Assembly: GCA_963723125.1 (NCBI GenBank)
Contig: CAVRPQ010000004.1
Coordinates: 3,908 to 67,907 of the forward strand
Direction: 5' to 3'
DNA length: 64,000 nucleotides
Origin: an uncultured bacterium
Lineage (GTDB): Bacteria; Verrucomicrobiota; Verrucomicrobiia; Limisphaerales; UBA11358
The number at the start of each line of letters is the position of its first letter. The stretch's first letter is position 1. The position numbers were made by a program, and so were the translations under genes. Shown here piece after piece: positions 1 to 10,148 of this stretch. The notes under the pieces are model-generated. The model was given only the letters and a program-made list of their open reading frames with translations, did no database searches and was not told the DNA's origin.

Positions 1-1090
1 GCCTTCGCTGTTGCGGTCGTGCGGGTTGTAATGGCGCGGCGTGGCGGTGAGGAACAGGCGTTTGCGGATGGCAAGATTTTTGTCGTCGAGGGCAAAGGCG
101 AAGTTGCGGCCTTCGCGTCCGGCGGTTTTGTGCGCTTCATCGAACACGGCAAAATCAAACGCCTCGCCCGGCTGCATCGCCGCGCCAACGACGGACGCGG
201 ATTGGTAGGTGGAGAAAATCATTTTCACGCCGGCAAAGGGCGCGTCCAGAAAACTCCGCACGCTCGCGGCGTCGGTGGAGACTTGAAAGTCGAGGTCGGA
301 TTGTTGCGTGGTGAGCGCGTCAATGCCTTCCTTCACGGTCGGGTCGGAGCAGACGCAGAGAAGGCAAGGCTGGAAGACGGGTTTCGCGCAGCCATTCGTG
401 CAGGGTCTGGCGCAGCAACGCGAGCGAGGGGAGCAGGACCAGAATCCACGTCGTGATGCAGCTGCATCCGCAGGTGCGTTCCGCGCAACCCGCACCAAGT
501 GCAACGAGCGTTTTGCCCGTGCCGCAGGCCATGATGGCGGAAACGCGGTCTTGCGTTTGCAGCGCGGGAAGCAAGGCGGCCAGTGCTTCGGTCTGGTGCG
601 GTTGCGGTGATTTTTTCGGCGCGATGAAAGCGGCGTCGGCCAGCCATGCTTCCATCGCGCGGAAGTCACCGGCTTCCAAACGATCCAAGTCCGCGCCACG
701 GATGCAGAAGAAACCCTGGCGGTCGTTGAGGACGGCGGGCAGTTCGTCGCAGTTGGTGAGCAGCACGCGGCTGTGAATGTGCGGGCTGTCGGCCAGGCCG
801 ATGAAGGTGGAGAGTTCGCGCCACGTCAGCGCCGGGCGTCCGGTGCGGAACTTGACTTGATAGGCGTTGAACTGGCCGAGCAAGGTTTGCAGCACGCCGT
901 CCACGCCCTGGTCTTGTTGCGTGAGGCCGAGATTTTTGAGGATGTCGAGCGGGACAGAACCGTGCGGCCAGACTTGCGCGGCGTCGTGTTTCCGTTGCGT
1001 GGCGAGATAGGCTTCGGCGAAAACTTCAAACGCAGCGCCGCGAGATTGTTCGTCGGGCAGCGCGGCGATCTTCTGATTCCAATTCGGCAA
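1..1090 (-). pseudogene. Restriction-type enzyme N-terminus: Mrr-like nuclease domain + SF2 DEAH helicase (type ISP / type III Res-like). Partial (continues past the left edge), with an apparent 1-nt frameshift near 355-385.
   Basis: ORF 320..1090 shows AFEVFAEAYL..QVWP..GVDGV..AYQVKFR (Mrr-like nuclease pattern), Walker A MACGTGKT and LVLLPSLALLRQTLHEW. My translation of the minus strand of 1..370 in the neighbouring frame continues LCVCSDPTV..FDFAVFDEAHKTAG..LFLTATPRH (DEAH box, motif III). The only start candidate is TTG at 1090. Confidence 0.6.
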
Positions 1091-1512
1091 AGCTGGTCAG
1101 GCCAGAGAACAAATGTCGCTGGACGAAGAAGGTCGCTTTCGGATGGCGAGCCGTTGCCATGCGGAAAGAGTATCAATTTAGTTTTGCGAAGAAAAGCCTC
1201 CGCCACCCCTTCAGGGTGGAAATAATTTTGGGACGATTACGCCAATGGTGATGAGGGTAATGCGTGTTTCCATAAAACCCGGCTGCATGGTGGATTCGAA
1301 TGTGCGCCGAAGGGACTGACGCGTCAACTTTTTGAAAAGGAAGCGACCTATCCTCTACACGAATAAGACTCTGCCGTTTCCCGTGGCTCCGCTATTGCGA
1401 GCTTAACCTGAAAAAACGGCTGTCGTTGTTGAGCATGAGCGTGACCTACATATTGCCGTTGGAATTGACTGAATTTGACATTCAAGCATGAAACCAAGCT
1501 CACGGCGCCGCA

Positions 1513-1953
1513 TTAACTGGTAATCAGCAACCGTCTTTGAACACGGGACAATGTGCCAAGCCAGACGCGCGGGGTCTGCATGGCAATGCCGAATGGTTTC
1601 TCCAACACTGTCAAATCCCGGTCGCGCGCAATGACCGTGCGTGCTCCTGCGGCCAATGCGGCCTCAATGAATTTGTCATCCTTGGGATCACGGCAGACCT
1701 TTTGCCCTAACGGCACTGGCGTAACCCACACGGCCGATGTTCGCAGGGTGTCCAGCCACGATCGGGTTTCCGTATCAAAATCCTGCTCCTGCTTCACCCG
1801 TTCCAGCACGGTTTCGTATTCGGTGAAGATTTCTTCGCTCATCACTGGCACCAGGATGCCATGCAGCCACGCTGTCAGGCACAGGTGCGGCTCGTGACGC
1901 CAGAAAACACCCGCGACAAAAACGCCGGTGTCAATGACGGCCGTCTTCATCAC
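1513..1953 (-). CDS. PIN-domain toxin (type II toxin-antitoxin system)
   Basis: 146 aa. N-terminal VIDTGVFVAG and C-terminal RDPKDDKFIEAALAAGARTVIARDRDL are typical of the PIN-family putative toxin. It overlaps the upstream antitoxin ORF by 23 nt. Confidence 0.75.
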   Translation of the reverse strand: MMKTAVIDTGVFVAGVFWRHEPHLCLTAWLHGILVPVMSEEIFTEYETVLERVKQEQDFDTETRSWLDTLRTSAVWVTPVPLGQKVCRDPKDDKFIEAALAAGARTVIARDRDLTVLEKPFGIAMQTPRVWLGTLSRVQRRLLITS

Positions 1954-2203
1954 GCACTTGGCGTAACGCTTGATTTACAATGGCTGCCGCCTGGCTGGCC
2001 GAATGCCTGCTCGCGGGTGTTTGTTTCAGGAGTTTTGCGATGGCCCGTTTTCCGGGTGCCTTCACCGGGCGGATGAGCAAGCCATCCTTACCCAGGTCGA
2101 ACACGTTCAGCGGCCCGCCACGCTCCAATCCTTCCCGGCGACACCAGTCCAGCGGAAAAATAGTCTGGCGTTTCTCGGTCAAAGTCATGGTCGTTGCTTT
2201 CAT
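1931..2203 (-). CDS. AbrB/MazE/SpoVT-family antitoxin
   Basis: 90 aa. The pattern TEKRQTIFPLDWCRREGLERGGPLNVFDLGKDGLLIRP resembles a swapped-hairpin AbrB-like fold. It is translationally overlapped with the PIN gene. Confidence 0.6.
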   Translation of the reverse strand: MKATTMTLTEKRQTIFPLDWCRREGLERGGPLNVFDLGKDGLLIRPVKAPGKRAIAKLLKQTPASRHSASQAAAIVNQALRQVRDEDGRH

Positions 2204-2621
2204 GGTAATAATCCATTACCTGAAAACAGCCGTTTGTCAAGGGTTTTTATGGGTTTATCTGCATAAAATGACACTTCATTTTGTGTAATGTTTACGCAAA
2301 ACCAGCGGTCTTTTCCGGCAGACTCTCCAATTGCAGATGAACAATAAGAAACATCGTAGAGCGACAATGCAAGTGGTGACGGTGATACACCACATCACGG
2401 GCAATTCCGATTAAATTACCGCATGAATAATTCCATGTTCATTTTGGATTCAGCCGGCCAACGGCGTGGGGAAAGCGGGGGACGCATTTCGTGTCCCAAC
2501 GACACCTTTGACGATTCGGCGTCGGGTAAAATGACAAAACGGTAAATGATAGCAGACAGGAACTTTAAAGCTGTGTGCGAAGCACGCAGAGCCTTTGGGA
2601 AGACTGATAAGATTGCGCCCT

Positions 2622-5351
2622 ATGTTTAGCGCCGTCGCTCATAAAAATCTGGTCGATGCCGAGAGTTATTTCGACGAGCATCTGGCGCAGAACGATTACT
2701 ACGCCGCCGGTGAAATCCGTCCCGGCCAGTGGATCGGCACAGGCGCGGAACGATTGGGATTAAACCATGCCGTTACCCGCGAACAATTTCATGCGCTCTG
2801 TGAAAATCGAAATCCTGAAAGTGGCGAACGCTTGACGCAACGGCAGCAGAAAGAAGACAACCGCCGGGTGTTTTTCGATTTCACCTGCTCACCGCCCAAA
2901 TCCGTATCGGTGCTGGCGGTGACATTGGACGACCAGCGATTGGTTGAAGCTCATGAGGAATCCGCGCGCATTGCGTTCCGCGAATTGGAAACCTTCGCCG
3001 CAACCAGAGTCCGCAAGCAGGGCAATCAGCGTGACCGCACGACCGGCAATCTCGTGGCCGCAGCCTTCGTGCATAACAGCTCGCGTGAACTGGACCCGCA
3101 GTTGCACACGCATTTCACCGTCTTCAATGCCACATTTGATGACAGCGAACGGTGCTGGAAAGCCCTGCAAGCGGGTGGAATGTATGACGCCATCCGTTAC
3201 GGCACGGCGGTGTATCGGAACGAACTGGCGAAACGGGTTCAACAGATCGGCTACCGGATTCAACCAGCCAAGCATGGATTTGAAATCGAGGGCGTCGGCG
3301 ATGAGGTATTGAAACGCTTTTCCAAACGCGCGCAGCAGCGTGACCAGATGGTTCAGGAAATGGAACAAAAGTTGGGGCGAAAACTTTCAAATGATGAAAT
3401 CTCCCATGTAGTGCATCAGAGCCGGGCAAAAAAGCTCAAGGGCATCTCGACGGGCGAAGTGCGCGAACGCCAACTGGCACAATTACAGCCCGATGAATTA
3501 CAGGCACTGCAAAAACTTTCGGTCGGCGGTGCAACGCACTGGTCAACCGCACATCGCCGGACTGGAAAAACAAACCCTGAATCATGCCATCGCCCATGTG
3601 TTCGAGCGCAAATCCGTTGTCCCGGAGCATGAATTGCTGACAACTGCTTTGGCGCATCGGCAAGGTGAGGTGGATTTGGGCAATTTGAAACAGGAGGTGA
3701 AGTATTCGGCGGAACTGGTAAAGACAGAACGCGGGTTTTCGACGCAAAGAAATTTTGACGACAGAACTGGCTTTGATTCAGACGGTCAATGCGGGCTGCG
3801 ATTCAGTCGCACCATTGCATCCCGGTTATCGGCCTGCCGACTGGTTGGGCGAAGATCAATGCCGGGCGATTTATCATGTCCTGCGCACCAGCGACCGGAT
3901 TACCGGCCTGCGTGGGCTGGCAGGCACAGGCAAAACTACGGCACTGCGCGAACTGGTCGCCGCTTGCAAGGAAGGCCGCGTAGAACCGCTGTTCTGCGCG
4001 CCGACGGCGGCGGCAACGGATGTTCTCCGCAAAGAGGGATTCGAGGCGGTGACACTGCAAAGTTTGCTGCTGACGAAACCGGCGTTTTCTGCCCGTCAGT
4101 TGGTGGTGCTGGACGAAGCCGGGGCGGTCGGGATGGACGACATGCAGCGGCTGTTCGACCTGGCGCGTGATGCACGCATTGTGCTGTCGGGGGACACCGG
4201 CCAGCACGCTTCGGTCGCGCGTGGCGATGCGCTGCGGATTTTGGAGAACCATTCGGATTTTCAATCCGGCCAATTGACCCGCATCCGGCGGCAACGCAAA
4301 GCCGAGTATCGCCGGGCCGTTGAACTGGCCGCGCAGAAAAATACCAATGAAGCGTTCGCACAATTGGAACGCATGGGAGCGGTAACAGAATTTTCAAGCG
4401 ATAAATTGCATGGTGAAGCCGCGCGGTCGTATGTAAAAGCATTGAAGCAAAACCAATCCGTGCTGCTGGTCGCGCCGACATGGAATGAAATCGAGGCGGT
4501 GACGGAAAAAGTCCGCGCCGCGCTGAAAACGTCCGGTCGGCTGGCTGGTGAGGAAAAGGAGTTTCAAGTTTTTGATTCATTGTCATGGACGGAAGCGCAG
4601 AAGCGGGATGCGCGGCAATACCGTTCCGGCATGGCAATTCGGTTTCATCGGCAGAAAAGCGGGTTTTGCCAAAGATGAAACGGTTGCGGTGGTCGCCATC
4701 GAAAATGACGCCTTGAAAGTCCAACGCGCGGACGGTTCCGAAAGTATTTTCCCATTGGGTCAAGGCTTCGCCTTGTTTGATGTGGGGGAGAAACGGAATT
4801 TGAAAATGGCCGCTGGCGACAAGTTGTTGCTGCAATCGAACTGGCAGAAAAGATTCGTCAATGGCGAACTGGTCGAGGTGCGGGCGATTCAAGGTGATTC
4901 CGTGGTGCTGGCCGATGGCCGGGTGATTCCAGAGAACTATCGCACGTTCACGCACGGCTACGCCGTCACGTCGCACGCCGCCCAGGGCAAGACGGTGGAT
5001 GAAGTGTTGGTCGTCGCGTCGTCGCGTTCGCTGCCGGCGATCAATCAGCAGCAATTTTACGTCAGCATTTCGCGCGGGCGCGATGCGTGCCGCGTGTTCA
5101 CTGATGATGCCGAGATGTTGCGCTCGCACGTCACCCGTTCCAGCGCGCGGCTGGCGGCGGTGGAAGTTGTCCCGCCCACCCACCACCGAAAATTCATCCT
5201 GAATGTTTTGCAGCGCGGTCATCGCTTCCTGAAACAGTTCCGCCAGCGCCTCGGACTGCAACAGACCATTTTACCTGACAATCGCAGCCCACAAATGAAA
5301 ACACCCCGTTATGAACACCAACGAAAAGCCACTCACCGAATCGGCCTTTAG
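2622..5351 (+). pseudogene. MOBF-family conjugative relaxase-helicase (TrwC/TraI-like) disrupted by three +1 frameshifts (near 3515-3525, 3745-3752 and 4660-4668)
   Basis: Four consecutive ORFs in frames 0/1/2/0 (2595..3632, 3493..4170, 3755..4678, 4548..5351) together give a TrwC relaxase domain (AESYFDEHLAQNDYY; VHNSSRELDPQLHTHFTVFN). They continue into a RecD-like P-loop helicase (GLAGTGKTT; VVLDEAGAV; SGDTGQH) and a UvrD_C-like end (GYAVTSHAAQGKTVDEVLVV; YVSISRGRD). The shifts coincide with short homopolymer runs. ATG at 2622 matches the usual MFS.. start. Confidence 0.8.
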
Positions 5352-5694
5352 GCCGGGCCATAATCCCTGTTTTACCAGTGACATCAAAAGTGCCGCTCTG
5401 AACGTGTATGCAGACGACATGCACAATTACCTACTCCCTTATGCGCAAATTTTGTCTGCTGAAAGGATTTCCAATCCTGCGCTGGAACAGGAGCCAGATG
5501 CCCCGCCGGAAAAAATGTTGATCCGCTTTGCCCAGGCTGTTGTTGCGGTGCTGGGCAGTGGACTCGACGCTGTGGAGCGTGGCCTTCAACAATATGAATT
5601 GAAATTTGTGAAGTCGGCTCCACGACGTTTCGCCGGGTTGTTGAACACCCACATCGCCGCCGTCACCATCACTTTTACCAAGGAGAACGCATGA
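5311..5694 (+). CDS. hypothetical protein (127 aa), translationally coupled to the downstream HTH gene
   Basis: ATG-initiated ORF overlapping the relaxase 3' end. Its TGA stop overlaps the ATG of the next gene (ATGA at 5691-5694). No recognisable motif. Confidence 0.4.
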   Translation: MNTNEKPLTESAFRPGHNPCFTSDIKSAALNVYADDMHNYLLPYAQILSAERISNPALEQEPDAPPEKMLIRFAQAVVAVLGSGLDAVERGLQQYELKFVKSAPRRFAGLLNTHIAAVTITFTKENA

Positions 5695-5990
5695 ACCAAG
5701 AATCATCATTAAATCTACAGGCATTGGGAAAATATCCCGTCGTCATGACCAAGGAGAAAGTGGCCGAAGCGTTGGGCGTGGCCACGCATACCATTCCGCC
5801 ACTGGTGCGGTCGGGCCTGCTCAAGCCTCTCGGCCATCCGGGGCGTTATTGCGTGAAGCATTTTTCGCGTGACGCGCTCGCAGAGAAATTTGCCAGCCCA
5901 GAATGGCTCGATAAAGTGGCGGCGGCCATTCACCGGCACTGGCGCAACAAGAACGCGCGGAAGCGGGCGCGGCAGGCTCAAGCGGCGTGA
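5691..5990 (+). CDS. MGE-type helix-turn-helix DNA-binding protein (excisionase/AlpA-like), copy 1
   Basis: 99 aa. MTKEKVAEALGVATHTIPPLVRSGLLKPLG is HTH-like. It has a basic C-terminal tail and is paralogous to 14013..14324. Confidence 0.55.
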   Translation: MNQESSLNLQALGKYPVVMTKEKVAEALGVATHTIPPLVRSGLLKPLGHPGRYCVKHFSRDALAEKFASPEWLDKVAAAIHRHWRNKNARKRARQAQAA

Positions 5991-6084
5991 GCACGGGCGA
6001 GTCCGTTACGCAGATGCGACCGGCGGCACGGACACTGACGCGACTGGTTTTGACACGGCGCACTGGATTTTCTAGCCTCCGCGC

Positions 6085-6228
6085 ATGGTAAAAACGGTTA
6101 CTACGAATGAAACCGTTGTCGCTTCACGGGTGAAACCCTCCGCCTTCCTCGACAGTCACTACGTCAAGGTCATGCTCGACCAGATTATCGGGGAGAAAAA
6201 TTTCGTAAATGAAATTGTTTGGATTTGA
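6085..6228 (+). pseudogene. 47-codon fragment of an N6/N4 DNA methyltransferase (Mod/type IIS-like)
   Basis: My translation: MVKTVTTNETVVASRVKPSAFLDSHYVKVMLDQIIGEKNFVNEIVWI*. The ..HYhK.hLDeIhGEeNFvNEIhW.. segment is a conserved block of PF01555-type methyltransferases. All catalytic motifs are absent. Confidence 0.4.
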
Positions 6229-6255
6229 ATTGCAGCGCACATAAAAGGAAACAAA

Positions 6256-7638
6256 ATGAACACGATCAATGAACAACAGCGCAAACGGGCGATTGAAGTC
6301 ATGAATGAATATCTTTCTGCGCCTCCTGGGCCAGAAGGAAAAACTCCCGTAGAACTGAGCGAAGAACTTGATGCAAACCGAGTCAAGCTCATTGAGAAAG
6401 AATTAAAGCCACTCCTTGCCGATTACCTCGCGGGCAAGGTGATGCTTGCAGACTTCAAATCTAAAGCAGATGGAATAAACAAACGCAACGAGCTTTGGGG
6501 GTTCAAAGGAATCAAGGGCCAAATGTTCTTCAATATGGTGGTCAATGTTGCCGATGACGCAAAAGAATGTGACCAAGAACTAAAATCTGCATTGGCCGTT
6601 CCGACCAATGAACAAATCGCATCCAGCAGAATCAAAACATTCGCAAGCTACATCAAGCGGCTGGGAGAACAATGGGTTAGTGAAGGAAATACTCGATACG
6701 GTGCGCCAAAAGTGGGAAGCGTTCCTTTCTTCCTGTCTTATTTTTGGCAGATTCAGGATCGTGAAGTGTGGCCAGTTTATTACACCAACGCAGTGCAGAC
6801 GATGACCGATCTAAATATCTGGCAGCCATCAGACGACATTGCGGAGGATTATTTGGCGTTCAAGCAGATTCACGAAGTTCTGTCGAAGCTGTTCACCGAG
6901 ACAAGCAAGCGGCCTTTTGGACTTTATGATGTTGAACATGTCTTTTGGTTCAAGGGTGGCAATCCATACGACGCGGTCAAAGCAGAAGAGAAGGCGGCTG
7001 AACCTACACTGATCAAGCCTCCTATAAAACTTCCCATATCTGCCGACCAAGGCCATTTGCCCGAAAGCTACGTCCCACCGATTGTTGCCATCCTCCCAGC
7101 AATGGCCCGCCACGAAGAATGGCTGGTTGAGGCGGCGAAGCGTTCCGGCACGAGTCTTGAGAGAGCTTTTGAAAAAAACATTGATGCTGCGCTTACGATA
7201 TTAGGTTACGAAACTAAACTTTTGGGCCAAGGACAAGGACGCGTGCCAGATGGACGGGCTTTAGCTCTCGACGAGAACTATGCCATTTTGTGGGATGGGA
7301 AGGTTCGTGGAAACTCATACAGCTTGGGCACTGACGACCGGACGATCCGTGAATACATTACCACTCAAAGCCGCGAGTTGAGTCGCCGCTATCGAAATAT
7401 TTACTACATCATTGTTTCGAGCGCCTTCGCCGATGATTTTGACGACACAATTGCTTCGATCAAAATGGAAACAGAGGTAAGCGAAGTTATTTTACTCGAT
7501 GCAGAAGCGCTGGTGGCAATTGTGGAGGCAAAATTGCGTGCTCCGCTCCAGTTAACATTAGGGCCAGATGGCATCCAGCGTTTCTTTACAAAAAGTGGTG
7601 GCTTAACGGCAGCAATGGTTCGCGAGTATTTAGCTTAG
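6256..7638 (+). CDS. Protein with a C-terminal FokI-like PD-(D/E)XK cleavage domain and an uncharacterised ~300-aa N-terminal domain
   Basis: 460 aa. ERAFEKNIDAALTILGYETKLLGQGQGRVPDGRALALDENYAILWDGKVRGNSYSLGTDDRTIREYI parallels my memory of the FokI cleavage domain (FEMKVMEFF..YGYRGKHLGGSRKPDGAIY..VDTKAYSGGYNLPIGQADEMQRYV). The region is visibly AT-richer than the backbone. Confidence 0.55.
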   Translation: MNTINEQQRKRAIEVMNEYLSAPPGPEGKTPVELSEELDANRVKLIEKELKPLLADYLAGKVMLADFKSKADGINKRNELWGFKGIKGQMFFNMVVNVADDAKECDQELKSALAVPTNEQIASSRIKTFASYIKRLGEQWVSEGNTRYGAPKVGSVPFFLSYFWQIQDREVWPVYYTNAVQTMTDLNIWQPSDDIAEDYLAFKQIHEVLSKLFTETSKRPFGLYDVEHVFWFKGGNPYDAVKAEEKAAEPTLIKPPIKLPISADQGHLPESYVPPIVAILPAMARHEEWLVEAAKRSGTSLERAFEKNIDAALTILGYETKLLGQGQGRVPDGRALALDENYAILWDGKVRGNSYSLGTDDRTIREYITTQSRELSRRYRNIYYIIVSSAFADDFDDTIASIKMETEVSEVILLDAEALVAIVEAKLRAPLQLTLGPDGIQRFFTKSGGLTAAMVREYLA

Positions 7639-7653
7639 TTTACAATAGATATA

Positions 7654-8352
7654 ATGGCTGACCCAATTCCAATTTATCGCTATTTAGATTCTGATGCGGC
7701 ATTGAAAACACTTGTGGCCGGGAAGTTCAGAGTCGGGCTGTTATCCAAGTTCAATGATCCATTTGAGTGGAATCTCGGTTTTACTGGCGTGGCTACTCCG
7801 CCGGAGCAAGAATTTGCAAAGAATTACGCTAGCGAACATCATCGGTTTTTAGAGACATGGATGGGGATTTTAAGTTTCAGCAAGACAATTTCCGATCCAA
7901 CGCTCTGGTCGCTTTATGCTGATAAGCATTCAGGTGTTGCTTTTGAAGTGCAACATCCTTGGAATGACGACCATATTATAAAAATGGAATATCCACCGGA
8001 GCGTCCCGTTTTGGATTTTGTCCGACTGCGCAGTATCCATGACAAAAACGAAAGGGATAAATACCTTTTGTCACTTCTTAATGGTTTAATGAGGCAGAAA
8101 TCACCAAGTTGGTCTTTTGAGCAGGAATACAGATTGCAGATTGATCTAAATGACCAAGCGCATTGCTGCCAGTTAGCTGACGGTAGGCATCATTGGCAAA
8201 TTTATCGTGGATTGTTCAAACGGTTGATTCTTGGATTTCAATGCCCAATAGAAGAGGCAACAGCAAGAAAGTTGCTGGACATGAATGGATTTACCAGCAC
8301 GAATGTTGTGAGAGCCAAATTGTGTCAGGAGACTTATTCGGTTATTATTTAG
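7654..8352 (+). CDS. DUF2971-family protein
   Basis: 232 aa. The N-terminus IYRYLDSDAALKTLVAGKFRVGLLSKFNDPFEW matches the DUF2971 signature (YRY..l..l....l.fs....fNDPfE). It starts 16 nt after the previous stop, so the two are probably an operon. Confidence 0.7.
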   Translation: MADPIPIYRYLDSDAALKTLVAGKFRVGLLSKFNDPFEWNLGFTGVATPPEQEFAKNYASEHHRFLETWMGILSFSKTISDPTLWSLYADKHSGVAFEVQHPWNDDHIIKMEYPPERPVLDFVRLRSIHDKNERDKYLLSLLNGLMRQKSPSWSFEQEYRLQIDLNDQAHCCQLADGRHHWQIYRGLFKRLILGFQCPIEEATARKLLDMNGFTSTNVVRAKLCQETYSVII

Positions 8353-8501
8353 GTTCGCATGTTTTCCTCAACCATGACTGGCATTGCTATTTCGCCCATG
8401 CCTGTGCGTCATGGCCAAACGCCTGCGCGACGTTTGCGGTCTGCCGGAAAGCGAACCGCTCCGCGCTCCGCCCGCCCGTTTCAGAGGTCACGCTTCCCAT
8501 T

Positions 8502-8771
8502 TCAATCCATGCCATCATCCGGCGGGTGATATTCTTGGATGATGATTGTTGGTGGCGGTGGTGGTGTGTGCGGCTGAATGATAATGCCGATGCCGGCGCT
8601 GACGTGCGGTTGATTGGGGAATTTCCGGCGCAACCCGCCGCTGAATATCCAGGCCAGCAGAATCAGGGACAGCCAGACGAACGCGAGAAACAGATAAACT
8701 CCCCATTCCGAGATGATCCAATCGAGAAAATGGAACACCGGGTCGAGCACTGTGGCAGGATTCAAGTTCAT
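8502..8771 (-). CDS. small membrane protein with a proline-rich tail
   Basis: 89 aa with one clear hydrophobic span (GVYLFLAFVWLSLILLAWIF) and a PPPPP tract. It lies directly downstream of the integrase. Confidence 0.35.
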   Translation of the reverse strand: MNLNPATVLDPVFHFLDWIISEWGVYLFLAFVWLSLILLAWIFSGGLRRKFPNQPHVSAGIGIIIQPHTPPPPPTIIIQEYHPPDDGMD

Positions 8772-8785
8772 GTGATTTCCTCCGG

Positions 8786-9846
8786 TTATGCCTTGGCCAT
8801 CACTGGCTCAATGGTCTTGGACATTTCCGCGAACTTGGTGCGCATCCGTTCAAATTCGCTCAACGGCGGCAGTTCCACCTGCGCCTGCCGGGCATACGCG
8901 CGATGGATGGCTTTGCTGTTATGTCCCAGCGCCTCCTGCGCGAACCGTTCGGGATAACCCGCCTTTTTCGCGCGTTCCGCCCACGCATACCGATACGAAT
9001 GCAAGCTGACACCCTTGATGCCCAAGCCCGCGAGCGTTGGTGAAATTCCGTCGCCCGGTCGCCGGAACGAACCGAGCGCAGATACGGAAACAGCGGGCCG
9101 CTCCCCGGCAAATCCCGGAGAATTTCCGCCACTTCATCATCGAAGCGCATGATGGCAATCGAGCCGGTCTTTTTGCGCGCAAAACTGATGACGTTGTGTT
9201 CCCAATCAATGTTTTCAGCTTCGAGGCCCGCCAGATCGGACTGCGACGCGCCCAGGTGCCACGCCAGTTTATAGAACGCTTTGCGTTCGGGATTCAGTTC
9301 GCGGGTGACGATGGCCTGATGTTCCTCCCAGGTGATGGCGCGCTTGTCCTTGAACTCAACTTTCGGCCACTGCCGTTTTACGATGACCGGCCACGGCAGC
9401 CAGGTCATGTCCAGGGCGAAGTTGTGGATGCGCCGCAAATAAACATTGGTCGAAACTTTTCCGGTTTCGAGCACGCGCAAAAAGTTTTCCGGCCGCGTTT
9501 CCAAAACCGGCAGGTGACGAATCAAGTCAAACGCCTTGTCCTTGATGGCGGTCTGCCAGCGGTGCTGGGTCTCGCCTTTTTTGAGTTTGACCATTTCCTC
9601 CATGACGAACTGCCAGTTGCGGGTGGCAATCTGCGGGTCGCTGGCGGCGAGATAGGCGCGGGCGATTTGCAGGTTCACGGCGGGCTGCTGCTGCGCTTCG
9701 CCGCGCGAATGGAACAACCGCAGCGCCGTGGCGCGGTCGGTGGTGTGCAAGCTGTCCTGCTTGCCGGTCACGTCATCGTGAATGTAGTAGCGTCCGCCTT
9801 TTTTGCGGCGGTAGAGCCGGTATCGTTGTCTCATAACTGTATTCAC
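8786..9846 (-). pseudogene. Tyrosine recombinase/integrase with a frameshift near 9030-9045
   Basis: ORF 8860..9846 carries the N-terminal SAM-like and core-binding part. ORF 8786..9025, in another frame, carries the catalytic C-terminus (GVSLHSYRYAWAERA..ALGHNS..HRAY = H-x-x-R, H and Y motifs). Confidence 0.75.
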
Positions 9847-10148
9847 AGCGATGAGTTTACGACGATTGATCTCGACTCCGGCAGGGAGCAGGTGGGAGTT
9901 ACGCAGGGCAGGCCAGAGTTAAATCCTGCTGGCACTTCCGCTGGCACTCGTCTGTGGAAGTTGACCAAACCCTACAGTTCCAACTGGTTAGGTTTGGAGG
10001 CGAGGGTCGGAATCGGCCATTTATCCCCGCGTTTGCAGTTCAAATATGCCTGATTTCATTGGGAATTCAAGCATATTCTGTCACTACCCACCCATACCGT
10101 TTCTAACTCGTTTGGTGTCCGTTTTGGTGTCCGTTTGCGACTCCAGAT

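Larger units (their letters stand above)
1480..10074. mobile_element. Putative decayed integrative mobilizable element (TA pair, relaxase, HTH, R-M relic, DUF2971, integrase) bounded by a 10-bp direct repeat ATTCAAGCAT
   Basis: ATTCAAGCAT occurs at 1480-1489 and 10065-10074 (15 of 20 identity if extended). The integrase start at 9846 sits ~220 bp inside the right copy. A 12-bp perfect tandem TTGGTGTCCGTT x2 lies at 10112-10135. The boundaries are tentative. Confidence 0.35.

Noticed and set aside
3936-5261. 441-aa minus-strand ORF. Other long antisense ORFs of the same kind: 9037..10053, 16806..18041, 19906..20544, 25235..26338, 27639..29162, 39008..39727, 39767..40873, 54925..56193, 58041..58949
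   Set aside because: Arg/Ala/Gly/Pro-rich, low-complexity translations lying opposite genes with clear conserved motifs. These are typical shadow ORFs of GC-rich DNA.
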